A stretch of DNA of 57,713 bases, taken from positions 1 to 57,713 of the forward strand of contig MEQK01000164.1 in the NCBI GenBank assembly GCA_001770175.1, given 5' to 3'. Position 1 is the stretch's first letter; each line of letters begins with the position of its first letter. The DNA comes from Bdellovibrionales bacterium RIFOXYD1_FULL_55_31. GTDB lineage: Bacteria > Bdellovibrionota > UBA1018. Under the pieces are notes generated by a model, which saw only the letters and a program-made list of their open reading frames with translations, was not told the DNA's origin and did no database searches. A program made the position numbers and the translations under genes. Shown piece after piece: positions 1-10,130 of this stretch.

Positions 1-1128
1 GTCATCGACGTGGCATCCACGTCCACATTTCTCGACCCGGAGGATATGGAAAAGGTATTCCGCGGAGAGCTGGAAGGGCGCTATCTTTACAGTCGCCATT
101 CCAATCCCACCGGAGTGGATTTCGGGAAGAAACTTGCGGCTCTCGAGGAGATGGAAGACGCGGTAGGTGTCGCGAGCGGGATGGCCGCGATTTCCTGCTC
201 CCTGCTCCAACTTGTGCCGAACGGAGGGCACATCGTTTGTTCACAGACGATTTACGGGGGAACCTACGCCCTTCTGAAGAATATCTTCCCAAGGATGGGT
301 ATCGCCGTCACTTTCGTCGATCCGAATGACGTCAGGGCTTTCGAAAGGGCGATTCGTCCGGAGACGAAGGTTCTTTATACCGAAACAGTCAGTAACCCGC
401 TTCTTGGAATCAGTGACCTCAAAGCGATCGGTGCGCTCGCGAAAAAACGCGGACTGAAATTGGTCGTCGACAATACGTTCACTCCGGCCGTGGTGACGCC
501 TTCGAGGTATGGCGCGGACGTCGTGATTCATTCGTGTACGAAGTACATTTCCGGCGCCAGTGATCTCGTGGCGGGCGCGATTATCTCGAGCAAGGATTTC
601 ATTCATCAGCTCGTCGATCTCAATGGCGGGATGGCGATGCTTCTCGGCCCTGTCATGGATTCCCGGATTTCCCACAAGCTTTATCTCAGGTTGGATCATC
701 TGCCGCTCAGAATGACCGCGCATTCCCGATCCGCGGGCTACCTTGCGGTTAAAATGGAAGAAGCCGGCGTGAAGGTGATCTATCCGGGACTGAAAAGCCA
801 TCCCCAGCATGAGCTCATGAAGAGTATGATGCATCCGGAGTATGGTTTCGGCGGAATGATCACGGTCGATTGCGGGACTCGTGAAAAGGCGTTCCGTCTG
901 GCTTCCCGGCTTCAGGAAGAGAAGTTCGGCCTTTATGCCGTTTCGCTCGGTTTCTCCCGGACCTTGATGAGTTGTCCCGCGGTGAGCACTTCGAGTGAAA
1001 TTCCGGCCGAGGACCAGGAGAAGATGCATCTTTCACCGGGGCTTTTGCGGCTGAGCATCGGGTTTACCGGCAACGACAAGGTCATGAGCGAGCGGTTCTT
1101 CAAGTGCTATCACGAGGTCTTCGGCTGA
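1..1128 (+). CDS. PLP-dependent Cys/Met metabolism enzyme, probably methionine gamma-lyase (5' end outside the window)
   Basis: Frame is open from base 1. Motifs YSRHSNPT, ASGMAAI, YGGT, ETVSNP, VVDNTF, HSCTKY (PLP lysine), AVSLG, LLRLSIG. Confidence 0.85.
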   Translation, partial: VIDVASTSTFLDPEDMEKVFRGELEGRYLYSRHSNPTGVDFGKKLAALEEMEDAVGVASGMAAISCSLLQLVPNGGHIVCSQTIYGGTYALLKNIFPRMGIAVTFVDPNDVRAFERAIRPETKVLYTETVSNPLLGISDLKAIGALAKKRGLKLVVDNTFTPAVVTPSRYGADVVIHSCTKYISGASDLVAGAIISSKDFIHQLVDLNGGMAMLLGPVMDSRISHKLYLRLDHLPLRMTAHSRSAGYLAVKMEEAGVKVIYPGLKSHPQHELMKSMMHPEYGFGGMITVDCGTREKAFRLASRLQEEKFGLYAVSLGFSRTLMSCPAVSTSSEIPAEDQEKMHLSPGLLRLSIGFTGNDKVMSERFFKCYHEVFG

Positions 1129-1145
1129 TCGATTATTCAGCTGAA

Positions 1146-3647
1146 TTATCCGGCACGACGCTCATCCCGCGCCGGCTTGGGTTCGGCTTGCGCGGGGGTT
1201 CCGAGCCGCCGTTGTTTGCGGATCAGATAAGCGGGAAGGGCGACCACCGCTGCCGTCGTGCAGCAGAGTTCGCCCAAGATCGCGAGTAGACCGAAGCTGA
1301 CAAAAGCCTGATTTTGGGCGATCAAAAGGGAACCGTACCCGATCGTGGTGGTGAGGCTGCATAGCAGGACCGCGCCGCCGGTTTCACGAACGACCCGGAG
1401 AATTCCACCGGCTTCGTTTTGTCGAAAACGCTGGAATATATTGACCCCATAGTCGACCCCTATTCCGAACGTGATCGGCAGAGCGACGAAGTTCAGGAAA
1501 TTGATTCTGATCCCGAAGCCCAGAATCAGACCTGAAAGCCAAGTCACTCCGAGCATCAGGGCAAAGAGGACCAGCCCGGTGATTCGGGGCGTCCTGAAAA
1601 GGATTGCGACCAGAAGAACAACCGCGCCGAATGCAAAGAGAGTGGCTCTCGGGCCATCTCTCGCGATCGATTCAAGCGTGTCGGCCGAAACCGGAAGCGC
1701 ACCCGCGACCGGAGTCCCTGGCGCGACTGAATCGGTGGCGTCGCGAATGGCTTTTACAAACCCGATGAGGCGCGTACGCTGCCGGATCTCATTACCGAGG
1801 GGCGGTTCGACCAGTACGAGATTGCCGATCGCGCCGTTTTTTTCGGTAAAACGGTCCAAAACGACGCTCGGCAGGTCGTCCGCGCTGATCGGGCTCAGCT
1901 TCTCGCCGATCAGCTCACGCGCAAGTCGACGATCCGAAGGGGAGAGTTGCATTAAAAGTTTTTCTGGAAGGACCGAGCGGATGTCCGCGAGCACACGAAG
2001 TTTGCGGGTCTGGTCCCTCGGGATAAAGTCACTCAGCGTTTGAACCGAGGCGAGCATCGAATAGGGACTACCGGGGTTCGTTTTTACCGCCTTTTCCTTG
2101 CGGGTTTTGAGAACTTTTGCAATTTCGGCCGCATCACGTTTGGTTTTCGGAAGGACCGCGATCGGGGACAGATAACGTTTGAAAATTTCATCAATGTACC
2201 GAGCGTAGTACCCCGAGCCCTTTTCAAGGCTGTAGCGGCTTCGAAGTCGGGTTAAATCCGCTTCAAGGATATCCGGGCTGAAGCGAGGCCACGTCATGAT
2301 CGAGAGCACCGTGATAATGATGGTCACCATCCAGATAACGCCTGGGTGGCGGAAGAGAAGTGTTGAAATGCGGCCGGGCTCGCGCTTTGTCACCGCTCTT
2401 GGACGAGCGAGCGGGCGGCCCCGGTCGATGAGGTTGAGGAAGGAGGGGAGGACCGTGAAGGCGCTGATCCAGCAAAGGACCATTCCGATCAGGCCGATCA
2501 CGCCGAATTGTCTGAACCCGCGAAAGTCCGTCAGGACGAGGGAACCGTAGGAGAGTCCCGCCGCCAGAGCGGCCGTAAGAGTCGCTTTCGCCGTGCGATC
2601 GATCGCGATCGCGCCCGCCACGACCGCTCGTCGCATTGCCCGTCGTTCCTCGAGATAGCGCGCCAGAAAAATGATTCCGAAGTTGATCCCGTTTCCGAGG
2701 ATGATGCTTCCCAGAAAGGCCGAGTTGGCATTGAGGTACCCTATCATGAAATAGGTAATCCCGAAGGTCACGGCAGATCCGGTAACGACGCTTAGAATCA
2801 CGGCGAGTGTTCCGCGGATGGATTTGAAATACAGCAGCATCACGATCGTGACGAGAACGCTGACCACGATCGATGAAAGGTCGAGGTCGGAAACGAGTGC
2901 CTTGTGCTCGTCTAGGATGTTTTCGATTCCGCCTGTGTAGTGAATCCGCATGTCCGCGGCGTACGATCGAGGATTCAGTTCGGCTATCGTATTCTCAACG
3001 AAACGCTTGGCGCTCCTGACTATTTTCATTTCGGAAGAGGTTCCGGGAACATAGACGAGAATGGCACGTTTGGTCTCATCCGGTGTCGCGTAGTAGCCGT
3101 CCGGGAACTGGTCAAAGGATGACGTACGCGCTTCATATTTGCCGCGCATCGCGGAGAAGTCGAGAACAGGTTCCGGTATATTGGTTTCGGCGAAAATATT
3201 CAGCGGATTACGGATCTCCCTCTCGTAATCGAGCCGATCGTTGACGTATTTGCGGATTTTCAGAAGGTCCGGGAGATCAATATACAGGGAACGGTTACGT
3301 TTGAAGAACTGAAGGGCGGGCTTGATTGTGTATTCCACTCCCGCGATGATCTCCCTGGGCCCTTTTTCGAGCCGGATAGCCAGATCATTCACGAAACGTT
3401 TGCTTGCCTTCGTGTCGTTTGAGAATACGAGAACGGCAAGATTATCTACTGACTTCAATCGTCGCGCGATCTCATTCAGGTCCGTGACACTTCGCGCGTA
3501 AGTCGGCAGGAGCTCCTGGAGGTCGGGTCTGAGGTTTCGGTAGAGCTTGTAAGAGTAGAAACCGCCGATAAAGGTGAGGAGCAGCGCGAATGACGCGATC
3601 GCGACGGAATGTCGCAGAATAAAGCGGGAATAGCGCGAAGTTTCCAA
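1146..3647 (-). CDS. MMPL/RND family transporter (HpnN-like, probable lipid exporter)
   Basis: 833 aa with two repeats of periplasmic domain plus TM bundle. GNGINFGI and GIGVDYGV motifs; TTTIGYGSL. Confidence 0.88.
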   Translation of the reverse strand: METSRYSRFILRHSVAIASFALLLTFIGGFYSYKLYRNLRPDLQELLPTYARSVTDLNEIARRLKSVDNLAVLVFSNDTKASKRFVNDLAIRLEKGPREIIAGVEYTIKPALQFFKRNRSLYIDLPDLLKIRKYVNDRLDYEREIRNPLNIFAETNIPEPVLDFSAMRGKYEARTSSFDQFPDGYYATPDETKRAILVYVPGTSSEMKIVRSAKRFVENTIAELNPRSYAADMRIHYTGGIENILDEHKALVSDLDLSSIVVSVLVTIVMLLYFKSIRGTLAVILSVVTGSAVTFGITYFMIGYLNANSAFLGSIILGNGINFGIIFLARYLEERRAMRRAVVAGAIAIDRTAKATLTAALAAGLSYGSLVLTDFRGFRQFGVIGLIGMVLCWISAFTVLPSFLNLIDRGRPLARPRAVTKREPGRISTLLFRHPGVIWMVTIIITVLSIMTWPRFSPDILEADLTRLRSRYSLEKGSGYYARYIDEIFKRYLSPIAVLPKTKRDAAEIAKVLKTRKEKAVKTNPGSPYSMLASVQTLSDFIPRDQTRKLRVLADIRSVLPEKLLMQLSPSDRRLARELIGEKLSPISADDLPSVVLDRFTEKNGAIGNLVLVEPPLGNEIRQRTRLIGFVKAIRDATDSVAPGTPVAGALPVSADTLESIARDGPRATLFAFGAVVLLVAILFRTPRITGLVLFALMLGVTWLSGLILGFGIRINFLNFVALPITFGIGVDYGVNIFQRFRQNEAGGILRVVRETGGAVLLCSLTTTIGYGSLLIAQNQAFVSFGLLAILGELCCTTAAVVALPAYLIRKQRRLGTPAQAEPKPARDERRAG

Positions 3648-3684
3648 GCGGGGCTCTCCGCCAGGTGACTTGCACGTCGTGTTC

Positions 3685-5982
3685 TCAGTGGGAAAGCGCT
3701 GCGCGGCAGAACGCGTTGAAAAGCTTCAATGCCTGGTCCGCCGCACGAAAGGTCGGGATTCCCTGAGCTTCAAGCGCGGTAACGAAAGGGTCAAACAGCG
3801 CTCCCGAATCAACGACGACGATCCAGGGCTTTTCGGATGACTGAAAGAGCCTGCCGAGCCTTGCGGCGACGCCGGTCGGGGCGAGGAGATCCTCGCCGTG
3901 AGTTGGCCCACTTGGTAACGTAGCGAGAGCGGCGGTGAGCGGCACGCACCCGACGATCGCGGCATCGATGGATGCATCGTTCAGCATGGCCCGCACAACC
4001 GCCTCGTAACCTTCGTCATTGGTCATGGGCGTCAAATCGATGGGATTGTGAAGATCAACGATCGAACTGATCCCGAATTGAGTGAAGATCGCGCGAAGTT
4101 CTCCCGCCAGGGGCTCCTCGAAAGCAGGGAGGCTAAATGAACCGAGGTTGTCGGCAAAACTGACGCATTCGAAGCCGGCATTTGAAACGGCGCCGAGCCT
4201 GGTGCCGCGCACGGATTTTTTTCGGAGAAACGTAAAGAGCTTCGTGAGTTCCTCGAAATCAGAAATGCTCTCCGCGACAGTGACGCCGGCCCTCTCGCAA
4301 AGAGCGCGCGTGACGGCGTAGTTTCCGGCGATGGAAGCCGTGTGGCTCGCGGAGGCTTGAGCGCCTTCGGCTGTTCTGCCGGAACGATATAGAACGATCT
4401 TCCGGCCGCTCCGCGTGATTTCCCGGGCAGCCGCAAGGAAACGGAGTCCGTCCAATTCTTTGAAACCCTCGACATATACGGCGAAGACCTCGAGCTCCGG
4501 GTCGTCTTTGAGATAGGTCAGGAAATCGCCGATCGTGAGATCCATCTGATTGCCGATCGTGATGGCGTATTTGGGATTCAAGGCCGCGAGTTTGCTTAAA
4601 CGGGAGATCGCGAACGCTCCGCTTTGGGAAACCAGCGCCACAGGCGAGACCGGCAAAAGACCGCGATCCCGAAGCGGCAGTTTGTAGTCCGGAATGAATA
4701 ACGTGTTGTATTTGCCAGGGCGGGAAAGAATGCCGAGACAGTTGCCTCCGTTTATGATCGGGCCGCCCCAAGGGGTGGAACGGCTTTGTTTCAGGCTGGC
4801 TTGCATCTCGGCGACGAGCGTGTTTCCACCGGCTTTTTCTTCCAGCCCGCCGGGAATGATAATGATGCTTTCCGCTTTTTCGGACCGGATGGCTTGGACG
4901 ACCGCCGCCGGAACCTGCGCGGCCGAGATCGCCAGAACGAGCAGATCAACCCGTTCTGGAATTGAGGAAACATCGGGAACACACCGGCATCCTTGGATTG
5001 AATCGGTGCCCGGTTTCACGATCGTGATGCGAGAACGATCAAAACCCTGGCAGATGAGGTTCTCGAGAATGATGCGGCCGGGATTGAGCTTCTCGGAGAC
5101 TCCCACGATCGCTGCCGTTTTGGGTTCGAGCAGATTTCGGATTTTTGCGAGAGGCCTGAGTTGCGCGACGTCAGAGCCGGCGGGGCGGGATTTAGCCAAT
5201 TTGATGAGGACGTCGACGGCATAGAGCGCCTGATTGCTGACGACGAGCGGATTGACCTCGAATTCCAGAATATCGGCCGGCATGAGTTCGGCCGCAAGTG
5301 CCAGGATCGTTTGCGTGACTTCGGCGAGCCTGTTCGAGCTGATCCGAGGGCGCTGCCCGCGAAGGGTTCCTGTCGCGAGTTTTGCCACCGCGACCGCATT
5401 GAGATCACTTTCGAGATGTTCGAGCTGGTCGGAGTAGGGGCTGAGAATCGCGATGTCAGACCCGGTTTTAAAATGCCGCGACAGGAATTCTGTATAGATC
5501 CCGCCTGGACCGAAACTGACCACTGGGCCGAAATCGTCGGTCCAGCGCATCCCGATCAGAAATTCGCTTCCGAGCGTCGCCGGATACGAGATGAACTGAT
5601 TCAGGCTGTATCCCGCGATGGCGTATTCGCCCCTCAGACGTGATTCCATGTCCTGCAACGTCGGGATAATCGCATCGATTGTGTTCGAAACGACAGCAAC
5701 GGCGCCGAGCTCGCTCTTGTGAAGAATTTCATCCGAAACCGCTTTGACGACGATTTTTTCGCCCGGAAAGGGCAATCCCCGTTCGCAAAGGAGCGCAGAC
5801 GCTTCCTTGCTCCCTCCGACGACGATCTGGTCGGGGACTGAAATTCCGATTGCCTTCAGAACTTCCATCCCTTCTGTCTCAAGGAGAACGTCTCTGCCGG
5901 CGGATCGGGCACCTTGAATGATCGCGCGAACCCGGGCGAGAACCGCCGGGTCAACTGGAGGGCGGGCCATTTTGAGTGACAT
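3685..5982 (-). CDS. ADP-forming acyl-CoA synthetase (acetate-CoA ligase family), beta-alpha fusion
   Basis: N-terminal ATP-grasp domain (HKSELGAV, FGPVVSFGPGG, EVNPL). C-terminal CoA-binding/ligase part (GGNCLG, SQSGA, GNQMD, ASHTASIAG phospho-His, NPIDLT). Confidence 0.85.
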   Translation of the reverse strand: MSLKMARPPVDPAVLARVRAIIQGARSAGRDVLLETEGMEVLKAIGISVPDQIVVGGSKEASALLCERGLPFPGEKIVVKAVSDEILHKSELGAVAVVSNTIDAIIPTLQDMESRLRGEYAIAGYSLNQFISYPATLGSEFLIGMRWTDDFGPVVSFGPGGIYTEFLSRHFKTGSDIAILSPYSDQLEHLESDLNAVAVAKLATGTLRGQRPRISSNRLAEVTQTILALAAELMPADILEFEVNPLVVSNQALYAVDVLIKLAKSRPAGSDVAQLRPLAKIRNLLEPKTAAIVGVSEKLNPGRIILENLICQGFDRSRITIVKPGTDSIQGCRCVPDVSSIPERVDLLVLAISAAQVPAAVVQAIRSEKAESIIIIPGGLEEKAGGNTLVAEMQASLKQSRSTPWGGPIINGGNCLGILSRPGKYNTLFIPDYKLPLRDRGLLPVSPVALVSQSGAFAISRLSKLAALNPKYAITIGNQMDLTIGDFLTYLKDDPELEVFAVYVEGFKELDGLRFLAAAREITRSGRKIVLYRSGRTAEGAQASASHTASIAGNYAVTRALCERAGVTVAESISDFEELTKLFTFLRKKSVRGTRLGAVSNAGFECVSFADNLGSFSLPAFEEPLAGELRAIFTQFGISSIVDLHNPIDLTPMTNDEGYEAVVRAMLNDASIDAAIVGCVPLTAALATLPSGPTHGEDLLAPTGVAARLGRLFQSSEKPWIVVVDSGALFDPFVTALEAQGIPTFRAADQALKLFNAFCRAALSH

Positions 5983-6000
5983 GATTGAGTCCCTCCGGGC

Positions 6001-6570
6001 CTATCGGGCCGCGCGCCCGAGCTCAAATGCCTTGAGATTGGTTTCGACGATTTTTTCGCCTTTCCTGCTGAACAGACGGTGAATCGCTTTCTGAAGGCTT
6101 TCAGGTTTGAGGGGCAGAACCCGCGAGCAGGCGCCAACGAGGACCATGTTCGCGGCCTTGGCGGACCCAGCGTCCCTGGCGAGTTGCTCGGCGTCGATGA
6201 CGGAGGCGCGTGGCAGCCGCTGAATCCGTTCCAAAACGTCGGCAATGGGCGGATAGTCGGCGATATTCGCGACCGGATTGGTCGATGTGATGACCGCCCC
6301 CGCGGGAGAAAGATAGGAGAGATAGCGAAGCGATTCGAGCGGCTCCATGCTGAGCACGAGCGACGCGCTCCCCAACGAAACAAGAGGGCTTTCGACGGGA
6401 GAATCGCCCATGCGCAGCGTCGAACTTACGGCGCCGCCCCTTTGCGACATGCCGTGTACCTCGGATTGCTTGACATGAAAGCCTTCGTCGAGAGCGGCAC
6501 TCGCGATGGCTGCTGTAACCGATAGAACACCCTGTCCCCCGACTCCTGCGAGGATAATATCGAATTTCAT
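6001..6570 (-). CDS. iorB: Indolepyruvate:ferredoxin oxidoreductase beta subunit
   Basis: MKFDIILAGVGGQG, SEVHGMSQRGGAV, ANMVLVGA. ATG at 6570 overlaps the iorA stop. Confidence 0.9.
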   Translation of the reverse strand: MKFDIILAGVGGQGVLSVTAAIASAALDEGFHVKQSEVHGMSQRGGAVSSTLRMGDSPVESPLVSLGSASLVLSMEPLESLRYLSYLSPAGAVITSTNPVANIADYPPIADVLERIQRLPRASVIDAEQLARDAGSAKAANMVLVGACSRVLPLKPESLQKAIHRLFSRKGEKIVETNLKAFELGRAAR

Positions 6571-8222
6571 TCTACAGACTCCGGTCGACTGTTTGGGATC
6601 TTCTTGCGCTTGGCGGTCTCGATGCATTCCCGTACCGCGATGATGACGGACAAACCTCGATGCTCCACTTCGGCTTTGATGATCATGACATTCTGCTCGA
6701 GATTCCTGCGGTGCGTGGTGATGACCTTGAGATGTTCCGGGTCGACGCCCAGGCCAAGGACTACCTCCTTGAGTCTGGATGACGGGGCGATGGTCTCTTG
6801 TCCGCCGGTCATCGCAACGGTCTGATTATCAAAAATCATGAGCGTCATGTTCGCGTTCGACGCGACCGCATCGAGGAGAGGGGACATGCCGGAATGGAGA
6901 AACGTGCTGTCCCCGAGAACTGCAACGACCGGGTAAAAGCCGGCTTCCGCGGCGCCTTTAGCCATGCCGACCGAAGCCCCCATGCATACGCAGGATTCAA
7001 TGGCGTTGTATTCAGGCATCGCTCCGAGCGCATAGCAGCCGATATCCGATGTGACGAGTTTGTTCTCGAACGTAGAGAGCGCTGCCTTCAGTGCTTCGAA
7101 ACTGTCAATGTGAGGACAGCCGGGGCAAAGTTGCGGCGGTCGGTTCGGGAGAGGAAAACCGGGACTCTCGAGCCCCTTCTGCGTCTGAAGCCCGAGAACG
7201 GCGCGGACTATGTCAGGGGTCAGCTCCCCGTCTTCCGGCAGGCGCAAGTCAGTGGTGAGCGAGGGTTCTTTTCCGATGATTTGCAGCTTTCCGCTCCTCG
7301 GAGCGATGATTCCTCTCAGTGCTCGTTCCAGAAAAGGGTAGCCTTCCTCGAGAATAATCACCCGCTTCACGTGCTCGACGAGAGAACGCACTTTGTCTTC
7401 AGGAAACGGGTAAACGCCAACGTGAAGGTGCGAAGGTTGTTCAACGAGTTCGGGCTGACACTCGAAATAATAATTTCTGGCCGTTCCGGTCGTGATCACG
7501 CCGAGGTCCCGCGAATTCAGTGAGAGCGTATTGTAGGACGAAAGGCCCGCGTACGCGCCTAAACTGAGCTGCTGCGAGAGTCTCGCACGCCATTGTTGTC
7601 TGGCGTTGGACGGGATCAAGATCCATGGCGCCGAGGAGGGGGCCTTTTGAAGAGCTTTCTCCGTGTCAGCCTTGCGTTCCTGAACCATGCCGCGTCCGTG
7701 CGCGAGCCGGGTCACCAGCCGGATCATGACCGGCATCTTGAATTTTTCGGAAGCTGCAAAGGCCTCACGAGTCATGTCGTAAGCTTCCTGGTGGTTCGTT
7801 GGTTCGAAGCACAGGATGCGGGCAAAGTTCGCGTAGTAACGGCTGTCCTGTTCGTTTTGCGAACTGTGCATTCCAGGGTCATCCGCGACCGCGATCACGA
7901 GTCCGCCATGAATCGAAACGAGCGCTGAACTCATGAAGGGATCTGCCGCGACGTTCAGGCCGACGTGCTTCATCGTAACCAGCGCCCTGCGGCCCACGAC
8001 GGACACCCCGAGTGCTTCCTCGTAGGCGGTTTTCTCGTTTGCGCACCAGGCGGCCAAAGGCTTCCCGTGCTCTTTCGAGTAGCTGAGCAGATGCTCCATG
8101 ATTTCCGTCGAAGGTGTTCCGGGATAACCGTAGGCGCCCGTGATGCCCGCGTGAATGGCACCGAGGGCGACCGCTTCATCGCCTAGGAGGAGAGTGGTTG
8201 TTGGGACATTTTCAGAACTCAT
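6567..8222 (-). CDS. iorA: Indolepyruvate:ferredoxin oxidoreductase alpha subunit (no C-terminal ferredoxin domain)
   Basis: LLGDEAVA, YPGTPSTE, NEKTAYE, MKHVGLNVAAD, DDPGMHSSQNEQD, LCPGCPH, SDIGCY, GDSTFLHSG, AMTGGQ. Confidence 0.9.
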   Translation of the reverse strand: MSSENVPTTTLLLGDEAVALGAIHAGITGAYGYPGTPSTEIMEHLLSYSKEHGKPLAAWCANEKTAYEEALGVSVVGRRALVTMKHVGLNVAADPFMSSALVSIHGGLVIAVADDPGMHSSQNEQDSRYYANFARILCFEPTNHQEAYDMTREAFAASEKFKMPVMIRLVTRLAHGRGMVQERKADTEKALQKAPSSAPWILIPSNARQQWRARLSQQLSLGAYAGLSSYNTLSLNSRDLGVITTGTARNYYFECQPELVEQPSHLHVGVYPFPEDKVRSLVEHVKRVIILEEGYPFLERALRGIIAPRSGKLQIIGKEPSLTTDLRLPEDGELTPDIVRAVLGLQTQKGLESPGFPLPNRPPQLCPGCPHIDSFEALKAALSTFENKLVTSDIGCYALGAMPEYNAIESCVCMGASVGMAKGAAEAGFYPVVAVLGDSTFLHSGMSPLLDAVASNANMTLMIFDNQTVAMTGGQETIAPSSRLKEVVLGLGVDPEHLKVITTHRRNLEQNVMIIKAEVEHRGLSVIIAVRECIETAKRKKIPNSRPESVE

Positions 8223-8322
8223 AGTGACACCCATGTAAGCGTTTTTGGCTGTAGCTTTGGGATACCGCAAATCCGTGCCTTAGCCAACCGGAATGGTGAC
8301 CGTCGATTGATCAACTGTCGGT

Positions 8323-9129
8323 TTGATTCGAGTCGAAAATCGGTATAGTGTCCCCGTTATCGTGAGTTTAAGAGATCTTTGTCCTACCGTTTACGGTCCA
8401 GTCCAAAGCCGCAGGCACGGGTTGTCCCTCGGCATCAATCTCGGAGATCCCGGAGCCAAAGCCTGCACCTGGAGTTGCATCTATTGCCAGTGCGGATTCG
8501 GCAATCGGGTGGAGACGATGGGAGGAGGATTCATCCCATCGGTCGATCAGGTGCTGAGTGGGTTGAAGGCCGCCATAGAGCAGCAGCCAGCCATAGATTC
8601 CGTCACGATCGCGGGAAATTCAGAGCCGACTTCCCATCCCTTGTTCGCCGAAGTCGTGGACGCGGTTTTGGACTTTCGAAAGGCTTCCGGAGGCCGATGG
8701 ATCTTCAATTCGCTCAGCAACGGCTCAGGCCTTGACGACCGCAAGGTCGTGAACGCTTGTAACCGGCTGGACGAGATCTGGATCAAGTTCGATTGCGCGA
8801 CAGACGAGCTCTTCCGCAGGCTGAATCGTCCGGCGGCCCGCGTGGGAACGGTGGCGGAACATCTGAATCGGATCAAACAATTGGAAAAACCCCGTATTCA
8901 GTCCTTGTTCTGGCTTTTTCCGGATCGCCCGGAAATGAGCAACTGGACTGATAAGAATCGTGAGGCGGTTTTGACGGCCTATCGGGCGATCGTTCCCGAG
9001 CAGGTTTTTATCACCACGATCAAACGCGAGCCCGCGATGCGGGGACTTGAACCTGTTCCGCTCGAAGAACTCGAATCTTTTGGTGATCGGGCCAGAGCAG
9101 CCGGCTCAGACGTGAAGGTATTCATTTGA
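8323..9129 (+). CDS. Radical SAM protein of unknown function
   Basis: YGPVQSRRHGLSLGINL, CTWSCIYCQCG (CxxxCxxC), TIAGNSEPT. Start codon uncertain. Confidence 0.85.
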   Translation: MIRVENRYSVPVIVSLRDLCPTVYGPVQSRRHGLSLGINLGDPGAKACTWSCIYCQCGFGNRVETMGGGFIPSVDQVLSGLKAAIEQQPAIDSVTIAGNSEPTSHPLFAEVVDAVLDFRKASGGRWIFNSLSNGSGLDDRKVVNACNRLDEIWIKFDCATDELFRRLNRPAARVGTVAEHLNRIKQLEKPRIQSLFWLFPDRPEMSNWTDKNREAVLTAYRAIVPEQVFITTIKREPAMRGLEPVPLEELESFGDRARAAGSDVKVFI

Positions 9130-10130
9130 AAGGTATGGGTTCTCTCATGAGTAAGATCGATTCCATCGCAGCCGCCTTCAGAAAAGAAGCTACTGAATGG
9201 CCGCTTTGGTGGTCCTTGTTGAGTTTACCGCAAAGACTTCTTCCGCTGCTGCTTGTTCTTCTGTACTGGGCGGTTCTCGTTTTTCTTCATGGCTTTCGCA
9301 GCGATCATCTGACAATCGGGCTCCTTATTCTTGCTGGCAGCTACGGCGGCAGGACCGCGCGAAAGGGGCTGCGGTTTTTTCTTCCGCTGCTGTTGACGGC
9401 GATCGTCTATGACAGCCAGCGGTTCTATGCGGACTATATTCGCGGACCCGTTCACGTCCGCGAACCGTACGAGTTCGATAAAAGGTTTTTCGGAATTTCG
9501 ACCGCCACCGGGACATACACTCCGAATGAATGGTTCGAGATGCATACGGTCCCGTTCCTCGACGTAATCACGGGCTTTTTTTACTTGACGTTCGTGCCGA
9601 TTTTCGTGGGAATTGCCGCCTATTTCAGTTTCTGGGCCCGTCCCGAGGTTCGCGCCATGGCGCCTCGGATGATGTGGGCGTTCTTGTGGGTAAACGTGGT
9701 CGGCTATACGACCTACTACTGGTACGCCGCCGCGCCCCCCTGGTACGTCGCACTGCACGGCTTTGGCCCCGCACGCATGGATACCTTGGCCAACGCGGCC
9801 GGATGCGTTCGTTTTGATCATATCCTTGGAACGAAATTTTTCACGGAATGGTATGGCCGCTCGGCCGACGTCTTTGGCGCGATTCCGTCGCTTCACGTGG
9901 CGTACCCGCTCCAAGCGGTTTATTTCTCGTTCAAATTCGGCGCGGTCAGGAAGTTCAGTATTTTCTTTTACATCATCATGTGTTTTTCGGCCGTTTACCT
10001 GAACCACCACTATGTGCTGGATGTGCTTTTGGGTTCCCTCTATGCTATCGTCGTCACCTGTGTAACCGATTTTGTATTTGAGCGGCGGCGTTTGCGGGCC
10101 GCTCAGGACTCCAAAGCCCTTGCTTCCTAG
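9126..10130 (+). CDS. Aur1/inositol-phosphorylceramide-synthase-like PAP2 membrane phosphotransferase
   Basis: Polytopic membrane protein with AAPPWY, FGAIPSLHVAYP and AVYLNHHYVLD (His-His-Asp triad). Confidence 0.8.
   Translation: MKGMGSLMSKIDSIAAAFRKEATEWPLWWSLLSLPQRLLPLLLVLLYWAVLVFLHGFRSDHLTIGLLILAGSYGGRTARKGLRFFLPLLLTAIVYDSQRFYADYIRGPVHVREPYEFDKRFFGISTATGTYTPNEWFEMHTVPFLDVITGFFYLTFVPIFVGIAAYFSFWARPEVRAMAPRMMWAFLWVNVVGYTTYYWYAAAPPWYVALHGFGPARMDTLANAAGCVRFDHILGTKFFTEWYGRSADVFGAIPSLHVAYPLQAVYFSFKFGAVRKFSIFFYIIMCFSAVYLNHHYVLDVLLGSLYAIVVTCVTDFVFERRRLRAAQDSKALAS

Noticed and set aside
8267-8280. AGGCACGGATTTGC upstream of iorA as a sigma54 promoter
   Set aside because: GG-to-GC spacing is 9 nt rather than the required 10.
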